Source: Candidatus Buchananbacteria bacterium
Lineage (GTDB): Bacteria > Patescibacteriota > Patescibacteriia > 2-01-FULL-39-33
Assembly (NCBI GenBank): GCA_903888345.1
Contig: CAISTG010000061.1
Location: 18,512 to 82,511, forward strand
Length of the DNA: 64,000 nucleotides
Reading direction: 5' to 3'
The notes beneath the pieces were generated by a model, which saw only the letters and a list, made by a program, of their open reading frames with translations, made no database searches and was not told where the DNA came from. This document shows, piece by piece, positions 40,142 through 49,298 of the stretch (its first letter is position 1; the number at the start of each line of letters is the position of its first letter). A program made the position numbers and the translations under genes.

Positions 40142-40347
40142 AGTTTATTTTTAATGAAATAATATATTAGTACACCGATGGCGATAATAATAGACGTAAA
40201 TATCAATAGCCAGCCAATCGGAATTAAGGCAAAGGGCTCAATGAGGGTGCCGTCGGCAGCAACAGATGATCCTATGACGCTATAGGCGGCAAAACAAACG
40301 AGACCAAATATCAAAGGAATCATGGCAACTAGATATAATTTTTTCAT
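40138..40347 (-). CDS. Small two-TM protein (DUF3955-like)
   Basis: GS.VAADGTLIEPFALIPIG motif. Confidence 0.7.
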   Translation of the reverse strand: MKKLYLVAMIPLIFGLVCFAAYSVIGSSVAADGTLIEPFALIPIGWLLIFTSIIIAIGVLIYYFIKNKL

Positions 40348-40419
40348 TTTGTTAATTTTATAAATTACCTTAATTTTAACAAAAAGGCAAGTACTTAGCA
40401 ATTTAGCGACTTTAAACCA

Positions 40420-40492
40420 TTGACATAATGGTAATTACTTGATATATTTAGTTATTCTGTGTTCATTGATAAATAGCAACACTAGGAAAGGA
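40420..40492 (+). promoter_or_regulatory. sigma70 promoter + boxA-like motif + SD of orphan unit
   Basis: TTGACA(40420)-17-TATATT(40443) with extended TG; GTTCATTGATAA 40461-40472; AGGAAAGGA before ATG 40499. Confidence 0.65.
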
Positions 40493-40498
40493 CCGCGT

Positions 40499-40732
40499 AT
40501 GAATATTCTTGGTGCTATGGCTGAAGTTGGAAGAGAAGAGAAAGAGGCATGTTGTCACTGTGGTAAGGTCTGGTATAAAGAGCACCATCGTGATGGTGTT
40601 TGTCGTCAGTGTCAAAGTCTTGGCAGGGTTGGTCCGCAAGAATTGGCCCGGCGGAAGCGCTCAATGCTGACCTATCTCATCGCTGTTATAGTCATTTTCT
40701 TGGTGCTAATCGTTAGCGCTATATTTAAGTAG
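40499..40732 (+). CDS. Hypothetical protein (Zn-finger-like Cys pairs + C-terminal TM)
   Basis: CCHC…CRQC and a hydrophobic C-terminus; SD present. Confidence 0.55.
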   Translation: MNILGAMAEVGREEKEACCHCGKVWYKEHHRDGVCRQCQSLGRVGPQELARRKRSMLTYLIAVIVIFLVLIVSAIFK

Positions 40733-40754
40733 AAAACAACACTGGAGATTTGTC

Positions 40755-41099
40755 ATGTTGGAGAGAAAAGACTTGGCTGTTGGTAAGTTGGTTTGGTGGC
40801 CTCGTTTGGTTGCCGGAATTGATGATGGTCATCCCTGTGTCATTACTTGGGTGGGTAAAGAAAGCATTAGAATTACCTCGCTGTATAATTTGAGCGAGCT
40901 TTCTAATTTGGTGATTGATGAGGTTTTATCTGAGTGGGAGCGCTGTTCATTTCTGCGCGCACTTGAGTATGTTCGTGGCAGAAAAAAAGAACTCAAAATT
41001 GAGTTGAAAGATTTGGAAAGAAAGACTAAGGAGTCCAGGGAGTTTCGTCAGCGATACAAACTGGGACTTGAGGAGATTTTGAGTACTTTGGGTGAATAG
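40755..41099 (+). CDS. Hypothetical protein (SH3/Tudor-like N-terminus, coiled coil)
   Basis: 114-aa ORF with GGAG SD, followed by a terminator. Confidence 0.55.
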   Translation: MLERKDLAVGKLVWWPRLVAGIDDGHPCVITWVGKESIRITSLYNLSELSNLVIDEVLSEWERCSFLRALEYVRGRKKELKIELKDLERKTKESREFRQRYKLGLEEILSTLGE

Positions 41100-41106
41100 T
41101 AATACG

Positions 41107-41137
41107 GCCTTGGCTTTTAGCCAGGGCTTTTATTTTT
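41107..41137 (+). terminator. Intrinsic terminator of orphan unit
   Basis: gccttggct-ttt-agccagggc followed by a T-rich tail. Confidence 0.65.
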
Positions 41138-41139
41138 GG

Positions 41140-41168
41140 TTGCATTTTTGGGCTAAAAATGGTATAGT
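41140..41168 (+). promoter_or_regulatory. sigma70 promoter for rsmI-metG operon
   Basis: TTGCAT-17-TATAGT with extended TG. Confidence 0.6.
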
Positions 41169-41187
41169 TTTAACAAATAAATAATCA

Positions 41188-41215
41188 CTGGATCCCCGCC
41201 TTCGCGGGAATGACG
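41188..41215 (-). repeat. CGTC-type REP-like palindrome, copy 1
   Basis: Reverse complement reads CGTCATTCCCGCG-AAG-GCGGGGATCCAG. Confidence 0.75.
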
Positions 41216-41218
41216 AAG

Positions 41219-41908
41219 ATGAAACTCTATATTGTGGCGACGCCACTAGGCAATTTGGGGGATATCACTTTACGGGCTTTAGAAATTCTAAAGTCAGTGC
41301 CTTTGATTGCCTGCGAAGATACTCGTGTGTCCTCAAGGTTGCTTAGTCATTACGAAATTACGACCAAAACTGTTTCTTATCACCAACACAGCACAGCTGG
41401 CAAGGTTGATTTTTTGTTGGACAAATTGGCAGAAGTGGGGGAGATGGCGGTTATTACTGACGCTGGAACGCCTGGTATTTCTGACCCGGGCAATCTACTA
41501 GTGGAGGCAGCAGTTAAGAAATTCGGTTCTCAGTGTGAAATAATTCCAATTCCTGGTGCTTCAGCTATCATTTCTATTTTATCGGTTTCTGGCCTACCAA
41601 CAGACAGATTTTTATTTTTAGGTTTTATTCCTCATAAGAAAGGTAAGGAAACAATGCTTAAAAGAATTATTGAAAGTGAAGAAACGGTGATCTTTTATGA
41701 ATCAACTCATCGGATCGTTAAAACTTTGGAGAAAATGAAGGAAATGATGCCCGAGGGGGCAATTAATCAGAGACGTCTCGTCATTGGCCGCGAACTGACG
41801 AAAAAATTTGAAACAATTTATCGTGGCAACGTTAAAACAATTTTAGAAAACTTAACGACTACCAGTACCAAAGGAGAATTTGTGGTGGTAGTAGAAGGAA
41901 AGAAATAA
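41219..41908 (+). CDS. rsmI: 16S rRNA (cytidine-1402-2'-O)-methyltransferase
   Basis: LYIVATPLGNLGDIT, CEDTR, DAGTPGISDPG, PIPG, YESTHR, RELTKKFE, KGEFV. Confidence 0.95.
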   Translation: MKLYIVATPLGNLGDITLRALEILKSVPLIACEDTRVSSRLLSHYEITTKTVSYHQHSTAGKVDFLLDKLAEVGEMAVITDAGTPGISDPGNLLVEAAVKKFGSQCEIIPIPGASAIISILSVSGLPTDRFLFLGFIPHKKGKETMLKRIIESEETVIFYESTHRIVKTLEKMKEMMPEGAINQRRLVIGRELTKKFETIYRGNVKTILENLTTTSTKGEFVVVVEGKK

Positions 41909-42008
41909 CGAATAAAACCTGGATTCCGGGTCAAGCCCGGAATGACGGGAATTAAAACTTAACGACTACCAGCACCAAAGGAGAATTTGTGGTGGTAGTA
42001 GAAGGAAA
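41847..42008 (+). repeat. 55-bp direct repeat (41847-41901 and 41954-42008) of the rsmI 3' end
   Basis: aaaacttaacgactaccag(t/c)accaaaggagaatttgtggtggtagtagaaggaaa, one mismatch. Confidence 0.92.
41919..41947 (-). repeat. CGTC-type REP-like palindrome, copy 2
   Basis: Reverse complement reads CGTCATTCCGGG-CTTGA-CCCGGAATCCAG. Confidence 0.75.
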
Positions 42009-42013
42009 ATAAT

Positions 42014-43516
42014 ATGTCAAAATTTTATATCACAACTCCAATTTATTATACCAATGGCGACCCGCATATTGGTTCAGCCTATCCAACCATTGCTTGCGAT
42101 GTTTTAGCGCGTTATCATCGTCTCAAAGGCGATGATGTTTGGTTCTTGACTGGGGCTGATGAACATGGTGCCAAAATGGCCGAAACAGCAGAAAAGGCAG
42201 GCAAGTCGCCACAAGAATTTTGTGATGAAACTGCGGCTAAATATATGGAGTGCTGGGATGAGCTTAATATCTCTAATAATGATTTTATTCGTACTACCTC
42301 GCAGCGACATAAGGTGGCAGTTAGAAAATTATTACAACAATTAAAAGATGCTGGGGCTATTTACGAAGGTCAATACGAGGGTTTTTATTGCCAGGGCTGT
42401 GAATCGTTCGTGACAGAAAAAGACTTAGTTGATGGAAAATGTCCCGATCACGGAGTTGAACCGAAATTAATTAGCGAAAAAAATTATTTTTTTAATTTGA
42501 AGAAGTATTTACCTGAGGTTAAAAAAATGATCGATGCTGATGAAATTAAGATTTTACCGATCAATAAAAAGAAAGAAGTTTTAGGATTATTCAAACAAGA
42601 GATTAATGATTTTTCTGTTTCTCGTCAGAATTTGAAATGGGGGATTCCTTTACCCTGGGATGAAAGCCAAGTAACTTATGTTTGGGTTGAAGCCTTGATG
42701 AATTATGTTACTGCTTTGGGTTATGGAACTGATGATGAAAAAAAATTAGAACAATTTTGGCCGGCGGATGTTCATGTTGTCGGCAAAGAAATTATTAAAT
42801 TCCATTGTATTTTTTGGCCTGCCATGTTATTAGCTGCCGGGTTACCAATGCCTAAAGCTATTTATGCTCATGGGCTATTTACGATTGACGGCGTTAAAAT
42901 GGGCAAGTCAAGAGGCAATGTTATTGATCCGTTTAATTTAATTAAGGAATTTGGTACGGATGCTACGAGATATATATTGTTATCGCAATTTCCGTTTGGT
43001 CAGGATGGTGATATTAAGGCGTCACAATTTGTCATTCAATATAATTCGGATTTAGCTAACGGGGTGGGTAATTTTTCTAGTCGCGTCACCGCGATGGCTG
43101 AAAAATATTTTACTGGCGTGGTTCCGGCTCGTGACACTGAATTAAAAAATGAAGTAGAGGCCATCTGGGTAGAATATGAAAAAGCGTTAGAGGGTTTTCA
43201 AGTTGATGGTGCGATTGAGGCAATTAAAAAGTTACAGTCATTAGGTGATGGTTATGTTGAAAAAAACAAGCCCTGGGAATTAGCCAAAACTGACGAAGCT
43301 CGCTTGAAAGAAGTAATTTACAATTTGCTAGAATTATTGCGACACCTAGGTGTTGCCCTCTGGCCGGTGATGCCAGAAACGGCCGAAAAGATTTTGGCTG
43401 CCTTAGGGCAAAATAATTTTACTAGCCAGAATTTCTCGTTACTGAAGGTTTGGGGTTTGCTCGAACCGGAAAGCAAAGTCAGCAAGAATGAAGCTTTATT
43501 TCCTCGTATCCAATAA
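42014..43516 (+). CDS. metG: Methionyl-tRNA synthetase
   Basis: YITTPIYY, HIGS (HIGH-like), GADEHG, CxxC Zn knuckle, WGIP, KMGKS (KMSKS-like), ALFPRI. Confidence 0.95.
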   Translation: MSKFYITTPIYYTNGDPHIGSAYPTIACDVLARYHRLKGDDVWFLTGADEHGAKMAETAEKAGKSPQEFCDETAAKYMECWDELNISNNDFIRTTSQRHKVAVRKLLQQLKDAGAIYEGQYEGFYCQGCESFVTEKDLVDGKCPDHGVEPKLISEKNYFFNLKKYLPEVKKMIDADEIKILPINKKKEVLGLFKQEINDFSVSRQNLKWGIPLPWDESQVTYVWVEALMNYVTALGYGTDDEKKLEQFWPADVHVVGKEIIKFHCIFWPAMLLAAGLPMPKAIYAHGLFTIDGVKMGKSRGNVIDPFNLIKEFGTDATRYILLSQFPFGQDGDIKASQFVIQYNSDLANGVGNFSSRVTAMAEKYFTGVVPARDTELKNEVEAIWVEYEKALEGFQVDGAIEAIKKLQSLGDGYVEKNKPWELAKTDEARLKEVIYNLLELLRHLGVALWPVMPETAEKILAALGQNNFTSQNFSLLKVWGLLEPESKVSKNEALFPRIQ

Positions 43517-43524
43517 TTAATTAT

Positions 43525-43672
43525 AATTCACCCTGTTAAATATATTATAATCCGCCGCGGCGGATTATAATATAGATTTGAACCCAGTTTAGATCACGGG
43601 GCTTTCAATATTTATTAATAACACATAAGACTGGATAATCAATAATATTCAAATCTTATTTAACGGGGTAAA
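43525..43672 (+). repeat. ~148-nt structured element with terminal inverted repeats, copy A (MITE-like or cis-regulatory RNA)
   Basis: Ends aattcaccctgttaaata / tatttaacggggtaaatt; internal 34-bp perfect palindrome; agatttgaa/ttcaaatct stem; homologous to 52327-52467. Confidence 0.8.
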
Positions 43673-43674
43673 TT

Positions 43675-44196
43675 ATGACTTTTGCGCTTGTTGATGTCAT
43701 TTTAATTCTGATTCTTTTTAGTTTTGTTATTGCTGGGTTCTTGTTGGGATTAATTCGTTCCATTGGCTCAATTGTTGGTTTGGTGGCTGGAACCTGGGCA
43801 GCTGGCTATTACTTTATGCCGGTTACGGATTGGTTAACTCCGATATTTATGGGCAATGCCTTAGCCGCTAAATTTGTTGCTTTTTTTGCAATTTTTACCA
43901 TCATTAATCGCTTAGTGGTCTTAATTTTTCATTTGCTTGATAAAGCCTTTTCGCTGCTATCGATTATTCCGTTCATGAAATCGATTAATCGCTTAGGCGG
44001 CGTAATTCTGGGGGCGGTGGAGGGAGTTTTAACCGTTGGTATCGCCCTATATGTTATTTCTAAATTCGTTCCTAATTCCAGTTTTGTCGTCAAGACTTTA
44101 AATGATTCGCAGATCGCCCATTATTTGGTGATGTTGTCTAAATTATTAACAACACTCTTACCTGATGCTTTTGATAAAATTAAATCTGTCTTATAA
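43675..44196 (+). CDS. cvpA: CvpA-family membrane protein
   Basis: D.ILIL…GFLLGLIR…NRLGGVILG.VEG pattern, 4 TM. Confidence 0.85.
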   Translation: MTFALVDVILILILFSFVIAGFLLGLIRSIGSIVGLVAGTWAAGYYFMPVTDWLTPIFMGNALAAKFVAFFAIFTIINRLVVLIFHLLDKAFSLLSIIPFMKSINRLGGVILGAVEGVLTVGIALYVISKFVPNSSFVVKTLNDSQIAHYLVMLSKLLTTLLPDAFDKIKSVL

Positions 44197-44199
44197 CTT

Positions 44200-45075
44200 A
44201 TGTTAGTTGATTCTCATTGCCATGTAAACTTTATTGCCTATAAAGATGACGCCGATCAGGTGATCAAGGATTTTTTGCGCGATAATTATGCTCTGATGGT
44301 AGTTGGCAGTCAAGATTCAACTTCCAGGCGCGCTATTGAATATGCCGATAAGTATGAACGTGGCGTGTATGCGGCGGTTGGTTTGCATCCGATTGATTTA
44401 ATTGATGAGACCGAGGACACCATAGTGATGGATGGCCAGCCTTATACTTTTAAGAATCGTCAGGAAGATTTTGATCAAGACCGTTATCGTCAATTAGCTC
44501 AGTCATCGGATAAGGTTAAGGCGATTGGTGAAGTTGGCTTGGATTATTATTATTTTGACAAATTTTCTAATGACCAGTTGCCAGGATTTAAAGCGAAACA
44601 AAAAGAAGCCTTAATCGGTTTTATTGAATTGGCTGAAAATCTTGACTTACCGGTGATTTTTCATTGCCGCGGTGAAAGAACTGATCCAACTGGTGCCTAT
44701 CAAGAATTATTAGAGTTAATTACTGATGAAGTGAATCATGGTCGTAATATCAGAGGTGTGGTGCATTGCTTTGGTGGTAACATGAAACAGGCGCAGAAAT
44801 TTGTGGAATTAGGATTATATATTGGTATCACTGGTATCGTGACTTTCAAAAGTAAAAATGAAGAATTACAAAAGATTGCTCGGGAGTTACCTCTTAGTAA
44901 GATTTTAATTGAAACTGATGCGCCTTTCTTATCGCCGGAACCGCATCGTGGCGCTAGATGTCTACCGCAATATGTTGAGTTTGTGGCTAGGAAAATTGCG
45001 GAACTCAAAGGGATGAGTTATGAAGAGCTGGCTGAGGCCACAACACAAAACGCTAAAAATTTATTTCGCATCTAA
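44200..45075 (+). CDS. tatD: TatD-family nuclease
   Basis: DSHCH, GLHP, AIGEVGLDY, FHCR, HCF, ETDAPFL. Confidence 0.93.
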   Translation: MLVDSHCHVNFIAYKDDADQVIKDFLRDNYALMVVGSQDSTSRRAIEYADKYERGVYAAVGLHPIDLIDETEDTIVMDGQPYTFKNRQEDFDQDRYRQLAQSSDKVKAIGEVGLDYYYFDKFSNDQLPGFKAKQKEALIGFIELAENLDLPVIFHCRGERTDPTGAYQELLELITDEVNHGRNIRGVVHCFGGNMKQAQKFVELGLYIGITGIVTFKSKNEELQKIARELPLSKILIETDAPFLSPEPHRGARCLPQYVEFVARKIAELKGMSYEELAEATTQNAKNLFRI

Positions 45076-46865
45076 TGTTGTTATTTTTTATTATAATTTG
45101 GTTCGTGGCTTCGTGGTGGTTGGCTAATAAAATTTTAGCTAAGCTATTAAAGCTGGATAAAACAGTTATCAAATTGCTAGCTGTTTTTTTGCCGCTATTT
45201 ATTTTGGGACCATTAGCCAATGTCTTTACGGCCTGGCTTAAGTTGACTGATCTGACTATTTATTTGTCACTAATCTTAAGTTGGGTCAGTTTATTTGTTA
45301 TTGACCGCTACTTACTAAAGAAGACTGAATTAACTCAGGTTGTTGAAGCGGAAAAAGTTAGTCTCGACTTTTTTGTTTGGTCCAAGTGGTATTATTTAGT
45401 TTTTGGTTTAGTGGCAGTCAGGGGATTTTGGATGATTGCTCAGTTGGCTACTGGTAGCTCCTTGGCTAGTCCCTGGGAGATTCTAACTAGCTGGCTAATA
45501 CTGGTAATTGCATCCTTGGTGGTCATAATTGGCTATGCCATTTACTGTCGGAAAATTCCGACAGTAGCGACCTTAATCATGATCATGGTTTTTTCTTTAT
45601 TAATTCACTCCTATTTATTCGTCTATCAGAATGGTTTTGGCGGTGATCGTTTTCGTCATTTAGGTTCGGAAGAGAGGATTTTACAAGGCATAGAGTATCA
45701 ACCAACGCTACAGACGAATAATATTTGGTATAAAAATCTAGGACCACTCAAATATCCGCAAGCATTAACTGATAGTGCCAAGTTATCTTATGGCACGATG
45801 TGGTCACTGGAAGTGATTGTGGCGAAAGCGTTTGGTTGGCCAGTTTTTCAAATTAATCGTTTTATGTTGCCTGTATTGTGGTCGCTATTTTTGACCTTGA
45901 TAATTTTTGCCATGAGTTACGTGTTGCGACCAGATAAGCAATTAGCTTTGTGGTCGGCGCTGCTTGCTAATTCAGTTTATTTATTTCAGTATTATGGTGC
46001 GCAGGGGTTGCCGGCTTCTTATGGCTTATTGTGGTTAGCATTTTATTTTCTGTTACTAGTTGGCTATCTTAAAAATCCGGGCCGTTCCAGGTTATGGTTA
46101 CTAATCGCTGGCTTGGGTTTAATGTATTTTAATTATTCACTCGCTTTTTTATTAGCTGGTATCGGACTTCTTTTGGCCGTCACTTTAGTTAAGAAAAAAT
46201 TCTATATTTATCTAATAGCGCCACTTTCAATTGTCGCTTTAATTGGTTTAGATTATTTGTCGTCTCCGCTAGTTAACTTTTCTTGGTCGAAAATTTTGAG
46301 TTCCTGGTCATTTGGTAATTTCTTAACCTTTGAGTCGCTTAGTCGCTTAATCCCAATAATTGGCGAGTGGCATCGTTTGGATTATGCTTTATTAATTGTG
46401 GCGGCATTGATCATAATCTTGGGATTATTTAAATTATGGCACCGACAAGACCCAGTCGAGTTATTAATTTTACTAATGGCTAAAATAATTTTAGCCAGTT
46501 ATTGCTTAAGTTATTGGTTGCTTAATGGTGAGCATTCTTTGACTCGCCGCTTATCATTGTTTGCAATTTTATTTTTAGTACTGATAGTTGCTGGGGTGGT
46601 TGTGGACGGTATAAAAAGCAAGAAGAGCTTCGCAGTAGTTGTTGCTGCGGTCGTAGTACTGACAGCTTTAACCTATTATTCCGGACCGGTCTTACAGGTA
46701 AATATTAGTAATCGAGAAATCGCGAAAGCACAAGCCATCTGGCATGACATTAAGTCTCGACCCGAATATTGTGTTAAGGATGATTTAAATGTTATCTTAG
46801 CCCTGGAGTATGTTTCAGCGAAACAGTTTCAAGAGGAGATTAATAATCGCAATTGTGGTAGATAA
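45075..46865 (+). CDS. Polytopic membrane protein of unknown function
   Basis: ~14 hydrophobic segments, GGDRFRH loop. Confidence 0.6.
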   Translation: MLLFFIIIWFVASWWLANKILAKLLKLDKTVIKLLAVFLPLFILGPLANVFTAWLKLTDLTIYLSLILSWVSLFVIDRYLLKKTELTQVVEAEKVSLDFFVWSKWYYLVFGLVAVRGFWMIAQLATGSSLASPWEILTSWLILVIASLVVIIGYAIYCRKIPTVATLIMIMVFSLLIHSYLFVYQNGFGGDRFRHLGSEERILQGIEYQPTLQTNNIWYKNLGPLKYPQALTDSAKLSYGTMWSLEVIVAKAFGWPVFQINRFMLPVLWSLFLTLIIFAMSYVLRPDKQLALWSALLANSVYLFQYYGAQGLPASYGLLWLAFYFLLLVGYLKNPGRSRLWLLIAGLGLMYFNYSLAFLLAGIGLLLAVTLVKKKFYIYLIAPLSIVALIGLDYLSSPLVNFSWSKILSSWSFGNFLTFESLSRLIPIIGEWHRLDYALLIVAALIIILGLFKLWHRQDPVELLILLMAKIILASYCLSYWLLNGEHSLTRRLSLFAILFLVLIVAGVVVDGIKSKKSFAVVVAAVVVLTALTYYSGPVLQVNISNREIAKAQAIWHDIKSRPEYCVKDDLNVILALEYVSAKQFQEEINNRNCGR

Positions 46866-46881
46866 TTATTAAGATATTTAT

Positions 46882-47286
46882 ATGGACTGTATTTTTTGTA
46901 AAATCGTTGCGGGTGAAATACCGGCGACCAAAATTTATGAGGATGAAAATATTTTAGCCTTTTTGGATATTGCTCCGGTTAATCCCGGTCATACTTTGGT
47001 TATTCCTAAACCGCATTATGCTAATTTTATGGAATTGCCTGAAGAAGAGTCGGCTGTAATAATTAGAACCATCAAAAAATTGGCGGCTGGCGTAATAAAG
47101 GGAACTGGTGCCGAGGGTTTTAATCTTACCTTAAATAATGGGACCGTCGCCGGTCAAGTTGTGGGTCATGTGCATTGGCATATTGTACCGCGCTTTCCGG
47201 ATGATGGGCGAGTGCTTTGGCCTGGTCAAGTTTATCAGGAGGGTGAGGCCGCAGCGATTGCTGAAAAAATTAAACAACAATTATAA
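46882..47286 (+). CDS. HIT-family hydrolase
   Basis: CIFCKI, PGHTLVIPK, GQVVGHVHWH. Confidence 0.93.
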   Translation: MDCIFCKIVAGEIPATKIYEDENILAFLDIAPVNPGHTLVIPKPHYANFMELPEEESAVIIRTIKKLAAGVIKGTGAEGFNLTLNNGTVAGQVVGHVHWHIVPRFPDDGRVLWPGQVYQEGEAAAIAEKIKQQL

Positions 47287-47291
47287 ATAAA

Positions 47292-47320
47292 AGACCCCGA
47301 GAGTTAAACTTTCGGGGTTT
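47292..47320. terminator. Intrinsic terminator between convergent genes
   Basis: accccgagagt-taa-actttcggggt hairpin. Confidence 0.7.
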
Positions 47321-47326
47321 GTTGCT

Positions 47327-47860
47327 TTAGTAGCTAATATTTTGTCCTCGTAGTAATCGCGGCCGATTTGTTCTGTAGTCGCTAATAGCGATTAATTTGA
47401 CTGGATTTTCACATTCGGCAAACATTGTCTTGGCTGCTGCACAGGATTTTGCCCATTCGGCACCTGCTAGTTCGCTGAATTTTGTATCCCAATCTAGGTC
47501 AATGATGACCTCAGTAATTCCCGCTTCAATAATCATAATAGCGCATTTATCGCAGGGGGTACCATTGGTATACATGTGGCAACCATTGGTAGCTTGGCCG
47601 TACTTGGCAGCATTAGCAACAGCGGTCGCTTCGGCATGTCCTGAGTAGAAATATTTCTCGGGTCGCTCGTGACGCTCCGGAATGTCCTGTCTAACTCCCG
47701 CAGGAAAACCATTGAATCCCTTTGATATTATAACTTTTCGATTGGGGTCAACAATAATTGCTCCAATATGTGCGCTGCGGTCTCTGCTAAAATTGTCGGC
47801 GATTGAGTATACGATACTTAAATAGTGTTCTTCTGCATCTTTAACTGGTCTAATTTCCAT
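47327..47860 (-). CDS. dCMP deaminase (ComEB-like)
   Basis: GAIIV, GFNGFP, HAE, PCDKC. Confidence 0.9.
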   Translation of the reverse strand: MEIRPVKDAEEHYLSIVYSIADNFSRDRSAHIGAIIVDPNRKVIISKGFNGFPAGVRQDIPERHERPEKYFYSGHAEATAVANAAKYGQATNGCHMYTNGTPCDKCAIMIIEAGITEVIIDLDWDTKFSELAGAEWAKSCAAAKTMFAECENPVKLIAISDYRTNRPRLLRGQNISY

Positions 47861-47896
47861 TTTCTTGCTCCCATTGGTTGTTTGCTGTTTAAGGTC

Positions 47897-49243
47897 CTAT
47901 TGGATATTTAACTTGAAAACACCAAAGTTGTCAACTGCATAAAATAGATTTTGTCCAGCGCGGTCACTAACTAGGTGAGTGGCGTCGGACGCGGCAATGG
48001 TAATAATATTACGTAATTCACGATTATCTAATTCAATCAGTTTGATTTGCTTGTCGGTGGAAAAAATCAAATGACGTCCTTGTGGATGCCAAATCACGTT
48101 CCTAATCGAAGTACTAAGTCGCGTAATTAATTCTGGTTCAGCTTTGCCGGTTTCAAAAATGTAGATTTCAAAATCGTTATAAATAATTAGCGAATCACCA
48201 TTGAGCCATTGTAGGTTTTTGTAGGCTAAATCAACAGCTCGTGTTTGATTGGCTAAATCGATAATAGTTAAAATATTTTTTGTTGGGTCAACAATAAAAG
48301 CTTTATTGTTTTTAATTTGCTTGATTTGGCAACTAACGCAGGTTATCTTTTTGATATCTTTGGCGCCCTCACCGGTTAAGGTTTGCTGCGTTAACAATTG
48401 GTTACTAATAGTGTAGAGAACTTTGTTGACGATATAGAAATCATCGAGTCCGGATTTTTTCAATACTAGTTTTGGTGATAGTGAAGTTAAATCATACTGC
48501 CAAAGTGTAGTGGCGTCTAGAGCATAAAGATTATCACTGTTACTATCCCAATGAATGCTTTTGTAGTTTTTACCTGACAATTGCTTGAAGTCTTTAGTTA
48601 AGGTGTCTAAGACGAAGTAATTTGTTTGTTGGTTTTTGGAAGCCAGAATCAAGAGATGACGACCCGACGGCGAGAAGGAATCTAACTTAAGAGAATCATA
48701 GTTAATAACCGCAGCATTAGTACTTTTGACGGCGCCAATAGTTTCGATCTTACCGCCAGTTAATTCACCGAAGATGCCAGAATTAATATCCAGCAACGAA
48801 AGATTATTATGGTCATCGGTCAGGACGACGATATTTTGATCTGGCGTGATGAGCCAATCGGTAACAGTTGAAGTACTTAACGACTGCGAGTTCGATTTTT
48901 TCCAGAGCATGATTTTTTCGGCGAAGGTTGTGCCGTTTTCATAAACAGCCAATTTTTTTTGCCAGTCATAGTAGCCGTCCTTAGAGAGAGAAATTTCATA
49001 ATCACCTGGCAGCAGGTATTCAATTTTCGCCGGTGTCAGGCTGGTTTCGTAGCGTTGGCCATTTAATTTAATGGTTGCCGCTTTAGGATTCGAAGTAATT
49101 TTAAGAATTCCCGTTTTTTGGACTCGTCCTTTTGTTAGATTATAACGATAGCCCATAGTATAAAGAATAACAAGGGGCGACGCAATCAGAAAAATGGAAA
49201 TAAAAGCTACGTAGGTTATTCTTCGGTGGATTGGAGTTTTCAT
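47897..49243 (-). CDS. PEGA-domain / beta-propeller membrane-anchored protein
   Basis: N-terminal TM, GYRY, TG.L.ITSNP..A, TP, LLPGDYEISLSKDGY..W.K. Confidence 0.8.
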   Translation of the reverse strand: MKTPIHRRITYVAFISIFLIASPLVILYTMGYRYNLTKGRVQKTGILKITSNPKAATIKLNGQRYETSLTPAKIEYLLPGDYEISLSKDGYYDWQKKLAVYENGTTFAEKIMLWKKSNSQSLSTSTVTDWLITPDQNIVVLTDDHNNLSLLDINSGIFGELTGGKIETIGAVKSTNAAVINYDSLKLDSFSPSGRHLLILASKNQQTNYFVLDTLTKDFKQLSGKNYKSIHWDSNSDNLYALDATTLWQYDLTSLSPKLVLKKSGLDDFYIVNKVLYTISNQLLTQQTLTGEGAKDIKKITCVSCQIKQIKNNKAFIVDPTKNILTIIDLANQTRAVDLAYKNLQWLNGDSLIIYNDFEIYIFETGKAEPELITRLSTSIRNVIWHPQGRHLIFSTDKQIKLIELDNRELRNIITIAASDATHLVSDRAGQNLFYAVDNFGVFKLNIQ

Positions 49244-49298
49244 AAAATTTTATTAGCAATAAACTCGTCTCAAAAGTTAATACGAGACGGTTGCCTTC

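Noticed and set aside
41847-42008. Direct repeats with a spacer, as a possible CRISPR array
   Set aside because: Only two 55-bp copies, one of them rsmI coding sequence; no cas genes in the window.
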